DNA of 64,000 nucleotides. Source: an uncultured Acidimicrobiaceae bacterium. Its GTDB lineage: Bacteria > Actinomycetota > Acidimicrobiia > Spongiisociales > SHLN01. The stretch covers positions 108,287 to 172,286 of the forward strand of contig CAMYMH010000001.1 of NCBI GenBank assembly GCA_947259275.1, in the 5' to 3' direction. Within the stretch, counting starts at the first letter, position 1; each line of letters opens with the position of its first letter. The position numbers were made by a program, and so were the translations under genes. A model generated the notes under the pieces. It was given only the letters and a program-made list of their open reading frames with translations. It had not been told where the DNA came from and ran no database searches. This document shows positions 9,593-19,464 of the stretch, piece by piece.

Positions 9593-10615
9593 CTAGCTCG
9601 AGGCCACCCCCGCCGCAGCCGCCACGATCCGCTCGGTGGAAGGGAGGGTCCATTCCTCGAGCCCGTGGCTGTACGGGATGGGAACATCAGGCGTCGCCAC
9701 CCGCACCGGTGGGGCATCGAGATACTCGAACGCTCCCTCCACCGCGGTGGTGATGATTTCGCCGGTCATGCCGAAGCTCTGGTAATCCTCGTCGACCACA
9801 ACCAGTCGCTGCGTCTTCTTCACGCTATTGATGACTGCTTGGCGGTCGAGTGGCACCAGCGATCGGAGATCGAGCACCTCGGCGGAAACACCCTGGCTTT
9901 CCAAGGTTTCGGCCGCATCGAGCGCTTTGTGGACCGAGAGCCCAATCGTGACCACCGTCACATCGGTGCCCTCACGAGCAATTCGCGCTTCGCCGATGGG
10001 AACCTCGTACGGCTCTTCAGGAACCGGTTCGGTGGCGCGGGGGTTGTTGACCATCCATCCGAGGCCCAAGGCTCCCTTGTGGAACATGTACACGACCGGG
10101 TTGTCATCTCGAATGGCCGAGATCATCAATCCCTTGGCGTCATACGCACTCGACGGCACCACCACTTTCATTCCCGGCAGGTGGGCAAACATCCCCCACA
10201 GCGTTTGGGAGTGCTGTCCGGCGTCTGAGTAGCCGCCTCCGACTGCAGTGGTCAAGACGACCGGCACCTTGATGTTGCCCCCGCTGAAGTAATGGATCTT
10301 GGCCATGTTGTTGTAGATCTGGTCCATACATACGCCGAAGAAATCCACAAACATCAATTCCACGATCGGCCGCATGCCGTTGATGGCAGCTCCCACCGCC
10401 GCGCCGATGAAGCCGGTCTCTGAGATCGGCGTGTCAATGATGCGATCCGGGCCGAACTTGGCCAGCAGGCCTTCGGTCGATCCGAAGATGCCGCCGTACA
10501 CGCCGACGTCTTCGCCCATGACGAAGACCGAGGGGTCGACGTCCATCTCTTGAAAGATCCCCTCCGCGATCGCTTTTTGCATCGTCAGTTTTCGATCAGT
10601 TGCAGCTGTGGTCAT
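9593..10615 (-). CDS. TPP-dependent dehydrogenase E1 beta subunit (AcoB-like)
   Basis: 'GEDVGVYGG', 'DTPISE', 'QHSQ', 'DLRSLVPLD'. Confidence 0.93.
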   Translation of the reverse strand: MTTAATDRKLTMQKAIAEGIFQEMDVDPSVFVMGEDVGVYGGIFGSTEGLLAKFGPDRIIDTPISETGFIGAAVGAAINGMRPIVELMFVDFFGVCMDQIYNNMAKIHYFSGGNIKVPVVLTTAVGGGYSDAGQHSQTLWGMFAHLPGMKVVVPSSAYDAKGLMISAIRDDNPVVYMFHKGALGLGWMVNNPRATEPVPEEPYEVPIGEARIAREGTDVTVVTIGLSVHKALDAAETLESQGVSAEVLDLRSLVPLDRQAVINSVKKTQRLVVVDEDYQSFGMTGEIITTAVEGAFEYLDAPPVRVATPDVPIPYSHGLEEWTLPSTERIVAAAAGVASS

Positions 10616-10636
10616 AGCGTCGAGCCCTTTCTGTGC

Positions 10637-11623
10637 TTATGCGAAGACATGGTCGAGTGCCGCTTCAGGCTTGGGATAGGGACTCGCCAGCGCGAACTCC
10701 AGGGCCTCTTCCACGATGGCGTGCTGGGCCTCCTGGATCGCGGTTTGCTCGTCGGCGGACAATATGCCCTCGTCGGCGAGGCGTTGCCCGAACACCACCA
10801 GGGGATCACGCTGGTTCATCTCTTCCTTGAACTCGTCATCCCGGTAGGCGTCGGCGTCACCCTCGAAGTGTCCCCACAGTCGATCGGTCTTGATTTCGAT
10901 CAGGCTGGGACCATCGCCGCGGCGGGCCCGGTCCATGGCTGCCCCCATCACCTCGTACACGGCCACCGGATCATTCTCCGACACCAACACTCCGGGAATC
11001 CCGTAGGCCGAGGCCCGATCGCTGTTGTCGGGAATCGCCGTCGAGGCGGCCTTGGGAACGGAGATGGCGTAGGCGTTGTCCTCACAGACGAAGACCACCG
11101 GCAGCTTCCACAGCGCGGCCAAATTGATGGACTCGTGGAAAGCTCCCTGGTTGGCGGCCCCTTCACCGAAGTACGAGAGGGCGATGTTGTCGGTGCCCTT
11201 GAACCGGAAAGCCAAGGCCGCGCCCACTGCAACCGGCATGCCTTCGCCGATAATGCCCGAGCAGCCAAAGTTCGGTTCAACTGAGAACAGGTGCATGTGG
11301 CCGCCTTTGCCGCGACCCAGGCCGGTCTCGCGTCCGAAGATCTCGGCGGCCATCTTGTTGAGATCCACCCCTTGGGCAATGGCTACATGGTGGGGGCGGT
11401 GGGTGGCAGTGATGGCGTCGCCGGGCTGCAGGTGAGGACGCATCCCGACCGCCACCGGCTCTTGCCCGGCAGCCAGATGCATCTCACCGGGAATCAGCCC
11501 CGCCGCGATATCAAATGCCGGCAGTTTGTCGGCGAAATACATTTCTCGGATGCGCTCCTCGAAACGCCTGATCTTGACCATCGTCTCGTACATGTCGACC
11601 AGATGCTCCTTCGGAATCTCCAT
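10637..11623 (-). CDS. TPP-dependent dehydrogenase E1 alpha subunit (AcoA-like)
   Basis: 'HLAAGQE', 'THRPHH', 'GKGGHMH', TPP motif 'GEGAANQG...N', 'GHFEGD'; AGGAGG RBS. Confidence 0.93.
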   Translation of the reverse strand: MEIPKEHLVDMYETMVKIRRFEERIREMYFADKLPAFDIAAGLIPGEMHLAAGQEPVAVGMRPHLQPGDAITATHRPHHVAIAQGVDLNKMAAEIFGRETGLGRGKGGHMHLFSVEPNFGCSGIIGEGMPVAVGAALAFRFKGTDNIALSYFGEGAANQGAFHESINLAALWKLPVVFVCEDNAYAISVPKAASTAIPDNSDRASAYGIPGVLVSENDPVAVYEVMGAAMDRARRGDGPSLIEIKTDRLWGHFEGDADAYRDDEFKEEMNQRDPLVVFGQRLADEGILSADEQTAIQEAQHAIVEEALEFALASPYPKPEAALDHVFA

Positions 11624-11694
11624 GCCGACCTCCTTTCTCCGGATTGACCGGAACGCTCGCGGTGGCCTCAGCGATACAGATATCGCGATTTTAC

Positions 11695-12636
11695 TCAGGG
11701 CGATAGGGCCGAAAGTGGGTCGCGAAATGCGGCTGCGAGATCGAGAACCGACGGTCCCGGGACCGGGCGCACAACTCCATCCACCGCCGGGAGACGGCGT
11801 TCACCGTCGAGGGCAATGAGACCGGCCGTCTCGGCCAGGTGTACTTCTGCTCCCTGTGGCAGGTCTTGGTGGTCTGCCACCGGAATATCGAGGACGACGC
11901 CGGGCCCGAACACCGCCCGAACCGTGGTACTCCCACCAAACGTGATGCGGCGAGCGTGCCCGGACCGAAGCGGACCCAGGGCGGCGCTGATCGACGCCAC
12001 CCCCACGGCGGTACGGCGCGACGAACTGACAAATGCCTCGACTAGTTGATGGGGATCCCATATGGCGCCGGCTCCCACCCACCGGTCGCGGACGACGACC
12101 GCGTCGATGACGGCGAGAGCCTCGCCCTCGGTAGTTTGGACGGCGATGGCGGTGGTGGGGGAGAAGGCGCCGCTCGGCCCCGTAACCGCCAGCCCGGCGG
12201 CCAAGCCGGTGACGGTGGGTTCGTCGTTGAGAGCGAAAGCATTGTTGGTCCCGGCTGCCACCGGAATGAGTGGTGCCTCGGGCCAGCCTTCGGCGGCTGC
12301 CCGCACGGTTCCGTCGCCGCCGACCGTGACCAGCGCGCGGGCGTCATGGCCGGCCAAATAGGCCGCACCGGCTCTGGTGTCGGCCTCAGTACCTATTACC
12401 TCAATCGGGATATAACCAACCTCGGGCCCGTGCTCGCCGGCCAGGCGGGTGGCCCGGCGGACCAGACCCGCTTGATCATCGAGGGCCAGGATGCTGACCC
12501 CGGGGACCGATCCAATCCCAACCAGAAGCCGAGCCACCAGGTTGGCCTTCTCCTCGACGTCGACAACTCGGGCCAGGCCCGTGAGTCTGCGGATGTCTTT
12601 CGAGGAGACCGGATTGGCGATGAGTCCGACGATCAT
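11695..12636 (-). CDS. AcoX-like ATP-NAD kinase family protein
   Basis: 'GLIANPVSSKDIRRL', 'GGDGT', 'GTNNAF', 'IALDGER'; upstream of E1 alpha; TACGCT 8 nt before ATG. Confidence 0.8.
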   Translation of the reverse strand: MIVGLIANPVSSKDIRRLTGLARVVDVEEKANLVARLLVGIGSVPGVSILALDDQAGLVRRATRLAGEHGPEVGYIPIEVIGTEADTRAGAAYLAGHDARALVTVGGDGTVRAAAEGWPEAPLIPVAAGTNNAFALNDEPTVTGLAAGLAVTGPSGAFSPTTAIAVQTTEGEALAVIDAVVVRDRWVGAGAIWDPHQLVEAFVSSSRRTAVGVASISAALGPLRSGHARRITFGGSTTVRAVFGPGVVLDIPVADHQDLPQGAEVHLAETAGLIALDGERRLPAVDGVVRPVPGPSVLDLAAAFRDPLSALSP

Positions 12637-12912
12637 GGCCGCCCAGCGTAGAGGGACGGCCCGGTCCAGGAAGGTCGGCCACGAATCACAACGGCCGGGA
12701 CCTGACAGGGTCACTTGATAACGAATGCCCCGGTCGGGGGCGACCGCCGTCATAGCGACGTCGAGTAGGAACCGTTCCCAGGACAAGCAAACTTCTGCCC
12801 ACGTGGCGGCGAAGGCCCCAACCTGAGCAACCGAGACACCACCGGCTAGGCCCGACGTCGCCACAAATCAACACCCGGTCGATTCGGCTATCGGATACCG
12901 GCCCCAGAACCG

Positions 12913-13662
12913 CTAGCCGAACCCAAGTGAGATCACTCCCTTGTCGATGAGGCCCTGGGTGAAAGGACGCGAAGTCGCCAGCTTCACGCCGTAGGTGTCA
13001 CGGAGGAACCACTCCAGGTGGACGAGAGCGGTGGAGCGGACTGCACTGACCTTCTGCTGGTGGACGAGATCGTAGATCGCCACCGCCGCGCGGATCTTTG
13101 GATTCCCGGCGATTGAATAGAGAAAGTCGTAGGGGAGAGCGGCGACGTCACCGATCAGGAGGGTGGGAGTACCGACGAGGCGCTCCAACCCGAAGAAACT
13201 GTGCCGTAGCTCTATCCGGGTTTCGGCCCCGGCGTCGTTGATCACCAACCGAGCCGCCCCGGCGTCGCCCTCTTCTGCTACAGCTACTTCAACACCGTCT
13301 AGCTCGTCCCGGCAGTGAAGGGCGAACTGGGCGAGGATCATCCCATGCCTTGGCGCGCCCTCGCCCCACCCTACCGGCCGGCCCATCGCGGAAGCGTCGA
13401 GCATGCCGCGTACCGCCTCGCCGGCCTCTTTGCCGAGCCGCAGCAAGTCGCCGGCGGCCTCGACGAGGTCCGATTCGCTCAGTACCTGCACAATTTCATC
13501 CGGATCGGTGTCGGGAAGGAGCCTTCCAAGTTCGGATCGCGCGGTGTCGAGCGCAATGCCTCCCTCCTGGCAGATTCGCTCGTCTGCCAGAGCCTCGAGC
13601 ATCGTCAATATCCCTATTCGCTCCTCGGCGATCCAGCGATGAATGAGAGCAGCAATGTCCAC
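12913..13662 (-). CDS. Hypothetical protein
   Basis: About 250-aa ORF with protein-like composition filling the gap; start uncertain (13662 or 13704). Confidence 0.65.
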   Translation of the reverse strand: MDIAALIHRWIAEERIGILTMLEALADERICQEGGIALDTARSELGRLLPDTDPDEIVQVLSESDLVEAAGDLLRLGKEAGEAVRGMLDASAMGRPVGWGEGAPRHGMILAQFALHCRDELDGVEVAVAEEGDAGAARLVINDAGAETRIELRHSFFGLERLVGTPTLLIGDVAALPYDFLYSIAGNPKIRAAVAIYDLVHQQKVSAVRSTALVHLEWFLRDTYGVKLATSRPFTQGLIDKGVISLGFG

Positions 13663-13783
13663 GAGCCATCGAGCATACCTCCGACCGGCCTGGGGCGCGA
13701 CCATGACGAAGCTGCGAAAGCCTCGATTCGTAGGCGTCCATTCCCCCCGATACGCTTAGCTATCCGCCGTTGAGAGGGATCCG

Positions 13784-14980
13784 ATGGGAAGGGTTTACGT
13801 TGTCGGAACGCTTGACACCAAGGGTGACGAGCATCGCTATGTTCGTGATTTGATCAATGCCGCCGGGCCCCGGACCGTCCTCGTTGATGTCGGCACTACG
13901 GGCACAGGAACAGGCGCCGATGTGAACGCCGCCGAGGTGGCCGCCTTCTTCCCCGGCGGGCCAGATGCCGTCTTCGTTGATGATCGGGGAGCGGCCGTTA
14001 CAGCCATGTCGGACGCGCTGGTTCTTTTCATCGAGAGCCGTGACGACGTCGACGGAATCATCGCCCTCGGCGGCTCGGGCGGCACCGCCATCGTGACCCC
14101 GGCGATGCAGGCTCTGCCTGTCGGGACCCCCAAACTGATGGTGTCGACGATGGCCTCCGGTGACGTACGCGTCTATGTCGGGCCTTCCGACATCGCGATG
14201 ATGTACTCCGTCACCGATGTCGCCGGCATCAACCGAATCTCATCCCGCGTGCTGGCCAACGCGGCGCACGCCGTCGCCGGTATGGCGGCCGGGCCGGCGC
14301 CGCAGCCGGCGGATCGTCCGGCCATCGGCCTGACGATGTTCGGCGTCACCACACCGTGCGTGACGATGGTCGCCGAGGCCCTGGAGGACGATTTCGACTG
14401 TCTGGTGTTCCATGCGACGGGAACCGGGGGTCAGGCCATGGAGAAGCTGGTCGGCTCCGGATTGGTCGCCGGAGTGATCGACAGCACCACCACCGAAGTA
14501 TGCGATCACCTCGTGGGAGGCGTCCTCTCCGCCGGTCCCGGCCGCCTGGATGCCATCGCCCAAACCTCGATCCCCTATGTCGGCAGCTGCGGCGCGCTCG
14601 ACATGGTCAATTTCGGAGGGCTCGACACCGTTCCAGAACAGTTCAAGGACCGCAACCTCTACGTGCACAACGCCCAGGTGACCCTGATGCGAACAACCCC
14701 AGATGAATGCGCCGAGATCGGTGCGTGGATTGCGAACAAGCTGAACCGGTCCGATGGGCCCGTTCGCTTCTTCCTTCCAATGGGTGGGGTCTCCATGATC
14801 GACGCCCCCGACATGCCTTTCCACGATCCGGAGGCAGACGCCGCCCTGTTCGGCGCCATCGAAGAGACCTTCCAGGAGACCGACCAGCGAAAGCTCATCA
14901 AGTCGAAACAACACCTCAACGATCCCGAGTTCGCCGCCCAGCTCGTGGAGGCGTTTCGAGAGATCGTCCAGAAGGGATGA
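13784..14980 (+). CDS. Tm-1-like ATP-binding domain protein (UPF0261)
   Basis: 'GTLDTKG.E', 'GGSGGT', 'TMFGVTTP', 'FHATGTGG', 'GALDMVNF'. Confidence 0.92.
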   Translation: MGRVYVVGTLDTKGDEHRYVRDLINAAGPRTVLVDVGTTGTGTGADVNAAEVAAFFPGGPDAVFVDDRGAAVTAMSDALVLFIESRDDVDGIIALGGSGGTAIVTPAMQALPVGTPKLMVSTMASGDVRVYVGPSDIAMMYSVTDVAGINRISSRVLANAAHAVAGMAAGPAPQPADRPAIGLTMFGVTTPCVTMVAEALEDDFDCLVFHATGTGGQAMEKLVGSGLVAGVIDSTTTEVCDHLVGGVLSAGPGRLDAIAQTSIPYVGSCGALDMVNFGGLDTVPEQFKDRNLYVHNAQVTLMRTTPDECAEIGAWIANKLNRSDGPVRFFLPMGGVSMIDAPDMPFHDPEADAALFGAIEETFQETDQRKLIKSKQHLNDPEFAAQLVEAFREIVQKG

Positions 14981-15813
14981 CCATGGCTGCAATCGACCGA
15001 ACCACCACCCTCACCAACCTGCGTCGCAAGATCGAAGCAGGCGAACCCATCATCGGCGGCGGAGCCGGCACCGGGCTTTCGGCCAAGTGGGAAGAGCGAG
15101 GCGGAATCGACCTGATCATCATCTACAACAGCGGCCGCTACCGCATGGCCGGACGCGGGTCCCTGGCTGGGCTGATGCCATACGGCAACGCCAACGACAT
15201 CGTTGTCGAGATGGCCGCCGAGGTGTTGCCCGTCGTGGAGAACACGCCGGTGCTGGCCGGCGTTTGTGGGACCGATCCCTTTTATGACCCGGATGTGTTC
15301 CTCCCCGAGCTGACCAGGCTCGGGTTCTCGGGGGTGCAGAACTTTCCGACCGTCGGCCTCATCGATGGCAGCTTCCGGGCGAACCTCGAGGAAACCGGCA
15401 TGGGCTACGGCCTGGAGGTCGACATGATCCGAAAGGCGTCCGAGCTCGACATGCTCACGACGCCCTACGTCTTTTCCGAAGAAGATGCGGTCGCCATGAC
15501 CGAAGCCGGAGCAGACATCGTGGTGGCCCACATGGGCCTGACCACCGGAGGCTCGATCGGTGCCGAGACGGCCCGCACGCTGGAAGATTGCGTCCCGGTG
15601 ATCAATGCCTGGGCGGCGGCGGCCAGGTCGGTCCGAGACGACGTCATAGTTCTTGCCCACGGCGGTCCGGTCGGGATGCCGGCGGATGCCGAATACGTGC
15701 TGCAGAACTGTGAGGGTGTGCATGGCTTCTACGGGGCATCGAGCATGGAACGCCTCCCCGTCGAACAGGCATTGCAGAGGCAGACGGAAGCCTTTACCCA
15801 GGTCCGGTTCTGA
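14977..15813 (+). CDS. TIM-barrel 'signal transduction'/PEP-hydrolase family protein
   Basis: '[11 protein letters not shown]', '[17 protein letters not shown]', 'GASSMERLP'; ATGA overlap with the upstream gene. Confidence 0.92.
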   Translation: MTMAAIDRTTTLTNLRRKIEAGEPIIGGGAGTGLSAKWEERGGIDLIIIYNSGRYRMAGRGSLAGLMPYGNANDIVVEMAAEVLPVVENTPVLAGVCGTDPFYDPDVFLPELTRLGFSGVQNFPTVGLIDGSFRANLEETGMGYGLEVDMIRKASELDMLTTPYVFSEEDAVAMTEAGADIVVAHMGLTTGGSIGAETARTLEDCVPVINAWAAAARSVRDDVIVLAHGGPVGMPADAEYVLQNCEGVHGFYGASSMERLPVEQALQRQTEAFTQVRF

Positions 15814-15919
15814 TCTTCAACCGCGTCCCGGAGGCTTGGGGAGATTCCCATACTCCGGCGGCGGCTCGGGACCGGGCGGGCGACGTAGAATCCGTGCTCC
15901 GCGCCGACCGAGGAGCATC

Positions 15920-16357
15920 ATGGCAAGGGCATACACGAGCACGATCGTCAACGCACCGGCACACGAGGTATGGGCCTACCTGCGCGACTTCAACCATCTC
16001 CCGGTGTGGACCGGAGGGATCGTTGTGTCCAGCGAAATCGAAGACGGACTCGCCGGCGATCAGGTCGGGTCAGTTCGCAGCTTCAAACTAGGTGACGGCG
16101 AGCATCTTCGTGAGCGGCTGCTGAGCCACTCAGACGTCCAACGGGCCTACTCGTACAACTTCGAGAAGACTCCATTCGACGTCGACAACTACCACGCCAC
16201 GCTCAAGGTGACTCCGGTCACCGACGGGGACTTGTCGTTCGTAGAGTGGTCGACGACGTTCGACTGCGACCGGGACCAGATCGACCACTACGTGGACCTG
16301 TTTTCCAACGAGGTATTCCAGGGCGCGCTCAACGCAGTGAAGGATCACTTCTCCTGA
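15920..16357 (+). CDS. SRPBCC (polyketide cyclase/START) family protein
   Basis: 'APAHEVW..LRDF', 'GSVRSF', 'ERLL'; GAGGAG RBS. Confidence 0.85.
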   Translation: MARAYTSTIVNAPAHEVWAYLRDFNHLPVWTGGIVVSSEIEDGLAGDQVGSVRSFKLGDGEHLRERLLSHSDVQRAYSYNFEKTPFDVDNYHATLKVTPVTDGDLSFVEWSTTFDCDRDQIDHYVDLFSNEVFQGALNAVKDHFS

Positions 16358-16405
16358 ACCCCGGTCCTCCAGGACGCGATGGTGGTTTCGCCGGTCGGCC
16401 TTGAG

Positions 16406-17257
16406 TTACCGGACGATCGCTTCCTGGCAGACCTGGCGTTGGGTACCGAGGCCCTCGATCGAGATCTCGACGACGTCGCCTGCCCTGAGAAACTGCGGCG
16501 GGTCCATCCCCAAACCTACCCCCGGTGGGGTTCCGGTGTTGATGAGATCACCGGGCTCCAACACCATGTACTGGCTGACGTACCACACCACGTAGCCAGG
16601 GTTGAAGATCATGGTCTTGGTGTTCCCGTCCTGCATGACCTGTTCGTTCACCGTGGTGCGCATCCACAGGTTCATTGGATCGGCTACCTCGTCTGCGCTC
16701 ACCAACCACGGGCCCAGTGGGTTGAAGCTCTCGCACGACTTGCCCTTGGTCGCCTCGCCGCCGCGCTCCAACTGGAACTCCCGTTCGGAGACATCGTTCG
16801 AGAGCGCAAAGCCGGCGATGGCGTTCCAACCCGCATCCTCGTCTTTCAGGTAGCGCGCGGTTGAACCAACGACAACGCCGAGCTCGACCTCCCAGTCGGT
16901 CTTGGCCGAATCCTTGGGGATGATGATCGGGTCGTTTGGCCCGACGACTGTGTTGGTTGCTTTTTGGAAGAGAACGGGCTCGGTCGGGATCTCGTCACCA
17001 GTCTCCCTGGCATGGTCGGCGTAATTCCGCCCGACGCACAGCACCAGCCCCGGCCGGGAAATGCACGACGAGAAGTTCTCGGACTCGACTGTCGGCAATG
17101 CCTCGGTGTCCAACGCTCGGATCCGGTCGAGCCCTCCGGAGGCAAAGAAGGCACCATCGATGTCACCGGCGTGCTCCGACAGGTCGCGCAGCGCTCCGTC
17201 GTCGCCGGCGAGGACTGGAATTATTAGATCGGCGTCACGAACTCTGGCAAGTCTCAT
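16406..17257 (-). CDS. Fumarylacetoacetate hydrolase family protein
   Basis: 'CVGRNYADH', 'DWEVEL', 'NDVSER', 'PGDLINTGTPPGVG'. Confidence 0.92.
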   Translation of the reverse strand: MRLARVRDADLIIPVLAGDDGALRDLSEHAGDIDGAFFASGGLDRIRALDTEALPTVESENFSSCISRPGLVLCVGRNYADHARETGDEIPTEPVLFQKATNTVVGPNDPIIIPKDSAKTDWEVELGVVVGSTARYLKDEDAGWNAIAGFALSNDVSEREFQLERGGEATKGKSCESFNPLGPWLVSADEVADPMNLWMRTTVNEQVMQDGNTKTMIFNPGYVVWYVSQYMVLEPGDLINTGTPPGVGLGMDPPQFLRAGDVVEISIEGLGTQRQVCQEAIVR

Positions 17258-17279
17258 CAACTTCCTCCAAGCTTGGTGA

Positions 17280-17987
17280 TCAGTAGGTGGCGCGACCCCC
17301 GGAGATGTCATATGTGTGTCCCGTGGAGAAGCTGACCTCATCTGAGGCAAGCCAGGAGACCAGCGCGGCTACCTCCTCTGACTGGCCGAGACGACCCATG
17401 GGGATCTTCGAAACCATGTAGTCGATGGTTGCCTGCCCGACACCCTCGAGGATCGGGGTGGCAATCACGGCCGGGGCGACCGCGTTCACGATCACGCCGT
17501 CGGTGGCAGCCTCCTTACCGACCGACTTGGTGAGACCGATGACACCGGCCTTGCTGGCCGAATAGGCGCCGAGGTTCGGGTTGCCTTCCTTGCCGGCGAT
17601 CGAAGCGATATTGACGATCCGGCCCCACCCTCTCTCGCGCATACCGGGCAGCACGGCCCGCATCGTGTTGAAGGTGCCTGTCAGGTTGACGGCGATCGTC
17701 CGCGCCCATCCCTCATCGTCCATTTCCCACACCGGGACGTTCGGTCCGGTCACCCCGGCACTGTTGACGAGTACGTCGATCGGCTCCAGCTCGGCCACCA
17801 GGCGATTGACCGCGGGACCGTCGACCACGTCCAGCTCGTGAATACTCGTGACGTCGCCGGCGATTCCCGCCAGGTGGTCTGGTCGCAGATCGACGATGGC
17901 CACCTCGAGACCGTCTGCCATCAATCGTCGCGCACAAGCCAGACCGATGCCGCTCGCCCCGCCGGTTACCAGAGCCTTGCGGGGCAT
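17280..17987 (-). CDS. Short-chain dehydrogenase/reductase
   Basis: 'TGGASGIG', 'NSAG', 'YSASK'. Confidence 0.92.
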   Translation of the reverse strand: MPRKALVTGGASGIGLACARRLMADGLEVAIVDLRPDHLAGIAGDVTSIHELDVVDGPAVNRLVAELEPIDVLVNSAGVTGPNVPVWEMDDEGWARTIAVNLTGTFNTMRAVLPGMRERGWGRIVNIASIAGKEGNPNLGAYSASKAGVIGLTKSVGKEAATDGVIVNAVAPAVIATPILEGVGQATIDYMVSKIPMGRLGQSEEVAALVSWLASDEVSFSTGHTYDISGGRATY

Positions 17988-17989
17988 CG

Positions 17990-18379
17990 TCAGCGCTCCA
18001 CGTGCAAAGAGTCGCCCTGGGCACCAAGCACCATGTCACGCTCGAAATCTGGGATGTGATCCTGCGGCACCGGGGACAGCGCCTCGATGAAAGAGCACCC
18101 CTCCGGCGAGGTCAGTGCATGTGGCACGCCGCGGTTGACAACGGCTACATCTCCGGCGACGAGTGTGCGGGTTCCTTCGCCGATGGTGACCGTCACCTCG
18201 CCGCCTGTGATGTAAATGAGCTGCTCCGCCTCCGGATGGTCGTGCAACGGCACGACCGACCCGGGCGCATAGGTCACCCGGCACATCAGCACCTGCTCGC
18301 CCCCGATGGCGTGGATGGTCACCCCTTCGAACAGCTCGTGAGCTCCGACGCCGTTCCAGGTGCGGAACGGTGAGCTCAA
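17990..18379 (-). CDS. Cupin domain protein
   Basis: 'PLHDHPEAEQ', 'GD...V...VPH'; start approximate (18379 or 18388). Confidence 0.85.
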   Translation of the reverse strand: MSSPFRTWNGVGAHELFEGVTIHAIGGEQVLMCRVTYAPGSVVPLHDHPEAEQLIYITGGEVTVTIGEGTRTLVAGDVAVVNRGVPHALTSPEGCSFIEALSPVPQDHIPDFERDMVLGAQGDSLHVER

Positions 18380-19464
18380 GGCATCCACGAGATGCCGGCG
18401 CCCACGGTGTTCACCGAAATCTCGTCGTCGAATGCAACCAGCTTTCCTTCGCGGCGGGGCTCCGCCTTGGCCTCGAGAGCCTTGAGCACCAGCTCCGGAG
18501 TAATCGGTAGCTCGGTGATCCACACGCCGGCGGCGTCGTGGACCGCAGCGGCGATGGCCGCGGGCTGGGCGTTGTTCGCCATTTCGCCGATGCCCTTGGC
18601 GCCGTAGGGACCATCGGCCGAAGGGTTCTCGATGATGATGGTCTCTAATTCCGGCAGGTCCTCCATGCCGGGCGAGTAGTACGAACCGAACCCATAGCCA
18701 CGGTGTTCGACCGACGGATAGTACGGGTAGGCGTTCTCCAAGACCGCCAGCCCGAGACCCATAATCGCCCCGCCTTGGATTTGGCCTTCGACCAGGGCTG
18801 GGTTGATCGCCTTCCCGACGTCGTAAGCCTGGATCAGCTTGAGCACTCGCACATTCCCGGTCTCGTCGTCGACCTCGACCTCGGCCGCACAGGCCGCATA
18901 CGAAATCGCAGAGTGGGGTGGGCTCGAGACGACCCCCGTCTCGGGGTCGAGAATCTCAGCGTACGGCTTCAGCTGGGCTCCGGTACCGGTGATCAGCTGG
19001 CCGTGACCGTAGGTAGCCGCCCCGGCCACATCCGCCACACTCAACTTCTCGGTCGGTGATCCCTTCACCATCACCTCGCCGTCTACCACCTCGAGGTCGT
19101 CGGCGCTTGCCTCCATTTCCAGCCCGGCAATCTCGAGGAGCTTGTGGCGCACCTCTTCGGCAGCCTTCAGCACCGCCTTGCCGGCCACGAAGGTCGCGCG
19201 TGAGGCAAAAGTCCCGGTGCACACCGGAGACGAGTCGGTGTTCGAGTTGTCGAACGTCACCCAGTCGTACGGCACTCCAATGGTTTCAGCGACGATCTGG
19301 CTCTGGATGGTCTTCGCTCCGTTGCCGATGTCCGCGGTTCCCGAGAACACATCGACCCGTCCGTCCGGCTTGACCTTGATCCAGGCCTGGGACGGATCAC
19401 CGTTCTGGTTCATGCCTGTGGGGTATTCGATTGCCGCGACGCCGCGGCCACGATGTACGGCCAT
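18376..19464 (-). CDS. Xanthine dehydrogenase family molybdopterin subunit, C-terminal half (NdhM-like)
   Basis: 'DIGNG', 'TFASR', 'DVGKAINP..VEGQIQG', 'GAKGIGE'. Confidence 0.9.
   Translation of the reverse strand: MAVHRGRGVAAIEYPTGMNQNGDPSQAWIKVKPDGRVDVFSGTADIGNGAKTIQSQIVAETIGVPYDWVTFDNSNTDSSPVCTGTFASRATFVAGKAVLKAAEEVRHKLLEIAGLEMEASADDLEVVDGEVMVKGSPTEKLSVADVAGAATYGHGQLITGTGAQLKPYAEILDPETGVVSSPPHSAISYAACAAEVEVDDETGNVRVLKLIQAYDVGKAINPALVEGQIQGGAIMGLGLAVLENAYPYYPSVEHRGYGFGSYYSPGMEDLPELETIIIENPSADGPYGAKGIGEMANNAQPAAIAAAVHDAAGVWITELPITPELVLKALEAKAEPRREGKLVAFDDEISVNTVGAGISWMP

Noticed and set aside
12637-12864. N-terminal extension of acoX or a riboswitch in this gap
   Set aside because: Family similarity starts at MIVGLIANP, and I recognised no RNA motif.
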